NCBI GenBank assembly: GCA_964407715.1
Contig: CAYOWP010000002.1
Location: 1-53,827 of the forward strand
Direction of reading: 5' to 3'
Source: an uncultured archaeon
GTDB taxonomy: Archaea > EX4484-52 > JAADEF01
Length of the DNA: 53,827 nucleotides
The position numbers and the translations under genes were made by a program. This document shows positions 49,789 to 53,827 of the stretch, one piece after another. Position 1 is the first letter of the stretch; each line of letters starts with the position of its first letter. The notes under the pieces were generated by a model, which did no database searches, was not told the DNA's origin, and was given only the letters and a program-made list of their open reading frames with translations.

Positions 49789-51546
49789 ATGCTAATTGGA
49801 GAGGTAATTGGTAAAACAACTCCAAAGGAATTTTCATGCAAATTATATCAAGAGGCAAAAACACATGATTTTGTTGCGGTTAAGGATCAATATAACAAAT
49901 GGGTTTTAGGGTTTATAGAAAATATAGAAACCTTACCAGAAGGAGAGATGATAGCAAATTGCAGATTAATAGGATATAGAGAGAACGATATTTTGGTTTC
50001 TCCAAGAACCCCCATAAAACCTGGAACTTTAGTTTATAAGGCAAATAAAGACCTTCTTTCAGAAATCTTTAGATTTGATGTTAGTGGTGTTTATATCGGT
50101 GTTCTTGAAAACAATCCTGAGGTTAAAGTATATTTAGATATTGAATCATTAATATCAAAGCATCTTGCTGTTCTTGCAACAACAGGCTCTGGAAAAAGCT
50201 ATACAGTCGGAGTAATAATAGAAGAATTATTTGAGAAAAACATACCTGTAGTAGTTATAGATCCGCATGGAGAATATGTATCAATGAAATATCCAAATGA
50301 AAATATAAAAGATAAAGACCTTATGGAATTCTTTGAAGTAGAGCCTAAGGGATATAATATAGTTGAGTACTCTCCAGATACAAAAGTAAATGTGGATGCT
50401 AAGCCTTTAAAATTTGAGGATAAGAATTTATCTCCTTACGATATTATCCAAATGTTACCAACAAAGCCAACACCATCTCAGATAGGTCTTATTTATTCAG
50501 CAATAAAGGATTTAAAAGAGAGAAAGGAAAGATATGATTTAGAAGATATAATAAATGAGATAAGCAATATGGAATCTAATGCAAAATGGAATTTAATAAA
50601 CATGATGGAGGTAATAAAATCCACGGGATTATTTGATAAAAAACCAACAGATATAAAGGAATTGGTTAAAAAAGGGCAAATAACAATCATCAATCTAAGA
50701 GGTGTAAGTATTGATTTACAACAATTAGTAGTGCAACGAATTGTTTCTGAGTTATTTGAAAAAAGAAAATTGGGAAAGATCCCTCCATTATTCTTAGTGA
50801 TAGAGGAAGCACACAATTATATTCCAGAAAAAGAGACAACATACGCTTCCAAGATAATAAGAAATGTTGCAAGTGAAGGGAGAAAATTTGGTTTTGGATT
50901 GTGTGTAGTTACTCAGAGACCTGCAAGGATTGATAAGAATATCTTATCTCAATGCAATACACACATAATTTTGAGAATAACCAATCCAAATGATCTAAAA
51001 GCAGTAACATATGCAGAACACTCATTTTCAGAATTGGAAAAAGAGATAAAAAATTTATCTATAGGAAATGCAATTATTTTAGGAATGGAAATTCCATTGT
51101 TTGTAAAAATCAGAGTTAGAAAGAGCATGCATGGAGGAAGAAGCCCTTCATTAGAAGAGACGCAAGATAAGATGTTATATGTAATTAAACCTCTCTGTTT
51201 GCTTGAAGATGTTTCATCATACGAAAAGCTATACTATCCATTTTATTATCTTGTACTTCAAGATGGAAGTGGATATCTAATTGATGCAATAAAAGGAAAA
51301 CAATTATATTTTAAGGAAAACAAATTACTTGAGACAACACCTCTTGATCTTGAGAAAAATGTCTTTATAGATTATGCTTTAAAACCTTTAGATGGGAAAG
51401 TAATTGATATAAAGATTAAGGAATCTGTCCTAAAAGAAAAACTTGGGGATATTGTTAAATCTATAAAACTTGTTTATTATCCATACTATGTTAAGGAAAA
51501 TGAGATTTTGGATGGTGTTTTAGGAACAAAAAAGATTAAAAAATAA
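49789..51546 (+). CDS. HerA/DUF87-family ATPase with N-terminal HAS barrel
   Basis: HLAVLATTGSGKS, IDPHGEY, IEEAHNY, EGRKFG, TQRP and SQCNT motifs. Confidence 0.9.
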   Translation: MLIGEVIGKTTPKEFSCKLYQEAKTHDFVAVKDQYNKWVLGFIENIETLPEGEMIANCRLIGYRENDILVSPRTPIKPGTLVYKANKDLLSEIFRFDVSGVYIGVLENNPEVKVYLDIESLISKHLAVLATTGSGKSYTVGVIIEELFEKNIPVVVIDPHGEYVSMKYPNENIKDKDLMEFFEVEPKGYNIVEYSPDTKVNVDAKPLKFEDKNLSPYDIIQMLPTKPTPSQIGLIYSAIKDLKERKERYDLEDIINEISNMESNAKWNLINMMEVIKSTGLFDKKPTDIKELVKKGQITIINLRGVSIDLQQLVVQRIVSELFEKRKLGKIPPLFLVIEEAHNYIPEKETTYASKIIRNVASEGRKFGFGLCVVTQRPARIDKNILSQCNTHIILRITNPNDLKAVTYAEHSFSELEKEIKNLSIGNAIILGMEIPLFVKIRVRKSMHGGRSPSLEETQDKMLYVIKPLCLLEDVSSYEKLYYPFYYLVLQDGSGYLIDAIKGKQLYFKENKLLETTPLDLEKNVFIDYALKPLDGKVIDIKIKESVLKEKLGDIVKSIKLVYYPYYVKENEILDGVLGTKKIKK

Positions 51547-51550
51547 GAGA

Positions 51551-51787
51551 TTATTCAAACAAAGAGGTATCTATATCTATTTGATCAGTAGTGGATGTTA
51601 AATTCTCAGAAACTGTTTCCATAGATTTGTCTTCTTCAATTATATTAATCTCGCTTTCTGTTGAAACATTCTTAACATAAGTTTTATTTTCTAATACACT
51701 TGGCTTTTCATGTTTTACACAGCCTCCAACAAGAACACTTAAGATTACAATACTTAATACCATCATCGCGAGAGATAAATTCCTCAT
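51551..51787 (-). CDS. Small putative lipoprotein
   Basis: Hydrophobic N-terminus ending in the lipobox-like VGGC; GGAGGGTGA Shine-Dalgarno. Confidence 0.6.
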   Translation of the reverse strand: MRNLSLAMMVLSIVILSVLVGGCVKHEKPSVLENKTYVKNVSTESEINIIEEDKSMETVSENLTSTTDQIDIDTSLFE

Positions 51788-51868
51788 GTTTTCACCCTCC
51801 TATAAGTTTATAACTTAAACTTTATAAATAATTCTTAAATTTTAAAAATATTTATCTATGCATATTTT

Positions 51869-51952
51869 GCCGGGGTCGCCTAGCCTGGTATGGCGCGGGA
51901 CTTGAGATCCCGTTCCCGCAAGGGAGCGAGGGTTCAAATCCCTCCCCCGGCG
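51869..51952 (+). tRNA. tRNA-Ser (TGA)
   Basis: Acceptor GCCGGGG/CCCCGGC, anticodon arm CGGGA-CTTGAGA-TCCCG, long variable arm, TTCAAAT loop. No intron and no encoded CCA. Confidence 0.95.
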
Positions 51953-51978
51953 TTAGATATACAAAAAAGGTAAGGGTC

Positions 51979-52671
51979 ATGGGCGTAAAGTATTCCATAA
52001 TTATGCCGGCATACAATGAGGAAAAAACCATAGAAAAAATGATTTCTTATATTGAGGAAGTATTTAAAAGAGAAGATTATGAATTGATCATTGTAAATGA
52101 TGGAAGTAAGGATAAAACAGAAGAAAAAATAAAAAGAAAAGCACAAAAGAATAAAAAGATCAGAATTATTTCATATCAAAAAAATAGAGGAAAAGGATAT
52201 GCTATAAGAAAAGGAATCTCTATTGCAAGGGGAAAATATATAGGGATCCAAGATGCTGATTTGGAATACTCACCGAAAGATTTGTTTGTTCTTTTTAAAA
52301 TTTCAGAAGTTACAGGTTCTGTTATTTACGGCTCACGTTTTTTAGGTAAAATTGAGAATATGAAATGGTATATGAAAGCGGGTAATCAATTCTTATCCTT
52401 TATTTTTTCTGTGTTTTATGGCCAAAGAATTACAGATGTTGAGACTTGTTATAAAGTTAGTCCTTCAAAGATATTTAAATCTTTAAATTTGAAATCAAAT
52501 AATTTTGATATAGAGATCGAGATCACTTCAAAGATTTTAAGAAGAGGATTTTCTATTATTGAAATTCCAATTTCCTATAAAGCAAGATCCAAAAAAGAGA
52601 AAAAGTTAAACCCAATTAAAGATGGTTTTCATGCTTTATATAAGATTTTATATTATAGGTTTTTTTCATAG
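51979..52671 (+). CDS. GT2 glycosyltransferase (polyprenol-phosphate glycosyltransferase-like)
   Basis: IIMPAYNE, VNDGSKD, NRGKG, QDADL, YGSRF and TDVETCYK motifs. Confidence 0.92.
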   Translation: MGVKYSIIMPAYNEEKTIEKMISYIEEVFKREDYELIIVNDGSKDKTEEKIKRKAQKNKKIRIISYQKNRGKGYAIRKGISIARGKYIGIQDADLEYSPKDLFVLFKISEVTGSVIYGSRFLGKIENMKWYMKAGNQFLSFIFSVFYGQRITDVETCYKVSPSKIFKSLNLKSNNFDIEIEITSKILRRGFSIIEIPISYKARSKKEKKLNPIKDGFHALYKILYYRFFS

Positions 52672-53583
52672 AACATCCATTTCCTTATACCATTCATATG
52701 TCAATTTCAAACCTTTATCTATATCATATTTTGGTTCATAACTTAATAGCTTTCTTGCTTTTGAAATATCTCCAACATAACTCATTATTTCTCCAGGTCT
52801 ATTATCTTTTATTATGATTTCACTTTTACTACCGGTAATCTCTTTTATTTTTCTTGCAATATCTATTATTTTTGTTTTTATTCCAGAGGAGATATTAAAT
52901 ACATCTCCCTTTACCTTATCATACTTCTCGATTATCTTTTTTGTACCTGTGATAGCGTCTGCTATATAGGTGAAATCTAATGCCTTTTCTTTGCCATACA
53001 CATAAAGAGGGAGATTTTTTACGGCTCTTGAGAGATATATAGGTATTAACCTATCTTGCAAATCATATTTACCATATACATTAGAATATCTAATAATTAC
53101 AAAATCTATATCGTAACATTTATTATAAGCATAAGTGAAAGCCTCACCACTTATCTTTGATGAGGTATATGGGCTTTCACATTTTTTGATATCAACATCC
53201 TCTTCTTTCACATAATTTTCGTTATTTCCATATACCTCTCTGCTTGATGCAAAGATAAACTTTTTTATTTTGTTTTTTCTCATAAATTCTAATATATTAA
53301 ATGTGGAAAGAACATTTTCTTTAGCTAATTTCGGATTTTTTACTAAGCTATATACTCGTGCATTTGCTGCTAAATGAATTACAAGACCTATATCTTTTTT
53401 ATTAATTTTCCTAAAATGACTTTGTTTTGTTAAATCCATAAGAACTGTCTTTTTATTTAAATCTTTATACCAAATATTAGGCCTTTTATCTACTCCTATT
53501 ACATTATAACCTTCATCAACTAACACTCTAAATAATTCTGTGCCTATCGTACCGCTACTCCCTGTAATTAGAATTGTGCTCAT
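52666..53583 (-). CDS. NAD-dependent nucleotide-sugar epimerase/dehydratase
   Basis: ITGSSGTIG, HLAA, ASSREVYG, PYTSSK and RYSNVYG motifs. Start likely ATG 53583. Confidence 0.93.
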   Translation of the reverse strand: MSTILITGSSGTIGTELFRVLVDEGYNVIGVDKRPNIWYKDLNKKTVLMDLTKQSHFRKINKKDIGLVIHLAANARVYSLVKNPKLAKENVLSTFNILEFMRKNKIKKFIFASSREVYGNNENYVKEEDVDIKKCESPYTSSKISGEAFTYAYNKCYDIDFVIIRYSNVYGKYDLQDRLIPIYLSRAVKNLPLYVYGKEKALDFTYIADAITGTKKIIEKYDKVKGDVFNISSGIKTKIIDIARKIKEITGSKSEIIIKDNRPGEIMSYVGDISKARKLLSYEPKYDIDKGLKLTYEWYKEMDVL

Positions 53584-53691
53584 AAAATGAAAAAGATATT
53601 TGTTTTTTAAAAAATGTTTTATGTTTCTCATTTTAGAGTAACCTTTTTAAATCCTTACTTTAAATAATTAATTTCAGATTAAAGATATTAC

Positions 53692-53766
53692 GGGCCCGTA
53701 GCTCAGCTTGGTTAGAGCGGTGGGCTTCTAACCCACAGGTCAGGGGTTCAAATCCCCTCGGGCTCG
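53692..53766 (+). tRNA. tRNA-Arg (TCT)
   Basis: Acceptor GGGCCCG/CGGGCTC, anticodon arm GTGGG-CTTCTAA-CCCAC, T-arm GGTTCAAATCC. Confidence 0.95.
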
Positions 53767-53789
53767 TGGAATTTTTCATTTCTATTATT

Positions 53790-53827
53790 GCTCCGGTGGT
53801 GTAGTCCGGTAAACATCATGGCCTCTC
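53790..53827 (+). tRNA. tRNA-Glu (CTC), partial (cut by window end)
   Basis: GCTCCGGTGGTGTAGTCCGG start typical of archaeal tRNA-Glu, then ATGGC-CT-CTC. Confidence 0.75.

Noticed and set aside
51869-51952. tRNA-Sec or suppressor tRNA
   Set aside because: The anticodon is TGA (reads UCA, Ser) with a 7-bp acceptor stem; tRNA-Sec would have anticodon TCA.

Overview
AT-rich, gene-dense archaeal chromosome segment, most consistent with a small-genome DPANN-type archaeon (inferred from gene content and compactness). Housekeeping genes: psmA-SBDS-rrp4-rrp41-rrp42-gatE-tatD operon, rnz, pheS, ileS, ABCE1, NAC, enolase, CCA enzyme, PolD large subunit, cdc6/orc1, endA, topA, a HerA-like ATPase, and tRNA-Ser(TGA), tRNA-Arg(TCT) and a partial tRNA-Glu(CTC). 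The main unexplained signal is a modular palindromic repeat family filling four intergenic gaps in the first 16.5 kb. It is built from ~49-bp monomers (GGTTAAC...GCTAACC) in alternating orientation, joined by ~9-bp and ~24-bp linkers, with an optional 28-bp module, and is capped by an 18-bp IS903-like inverted repeat. Two copies bracket a membrane-protein + GGDEF gene pair. Another lies just upstream of a >1200-aa LamG/glycoside-hydrolase-like surface-protein gene that is missing from the ORF track and is frameshifted by an (AG)9 tract at its start, suggesting phase variation. Also present: a pilin-like/giant Cys-rich surface-protein operon, three ORB boxes split across 6.5 kb, and several apparently degenerate enzymes.
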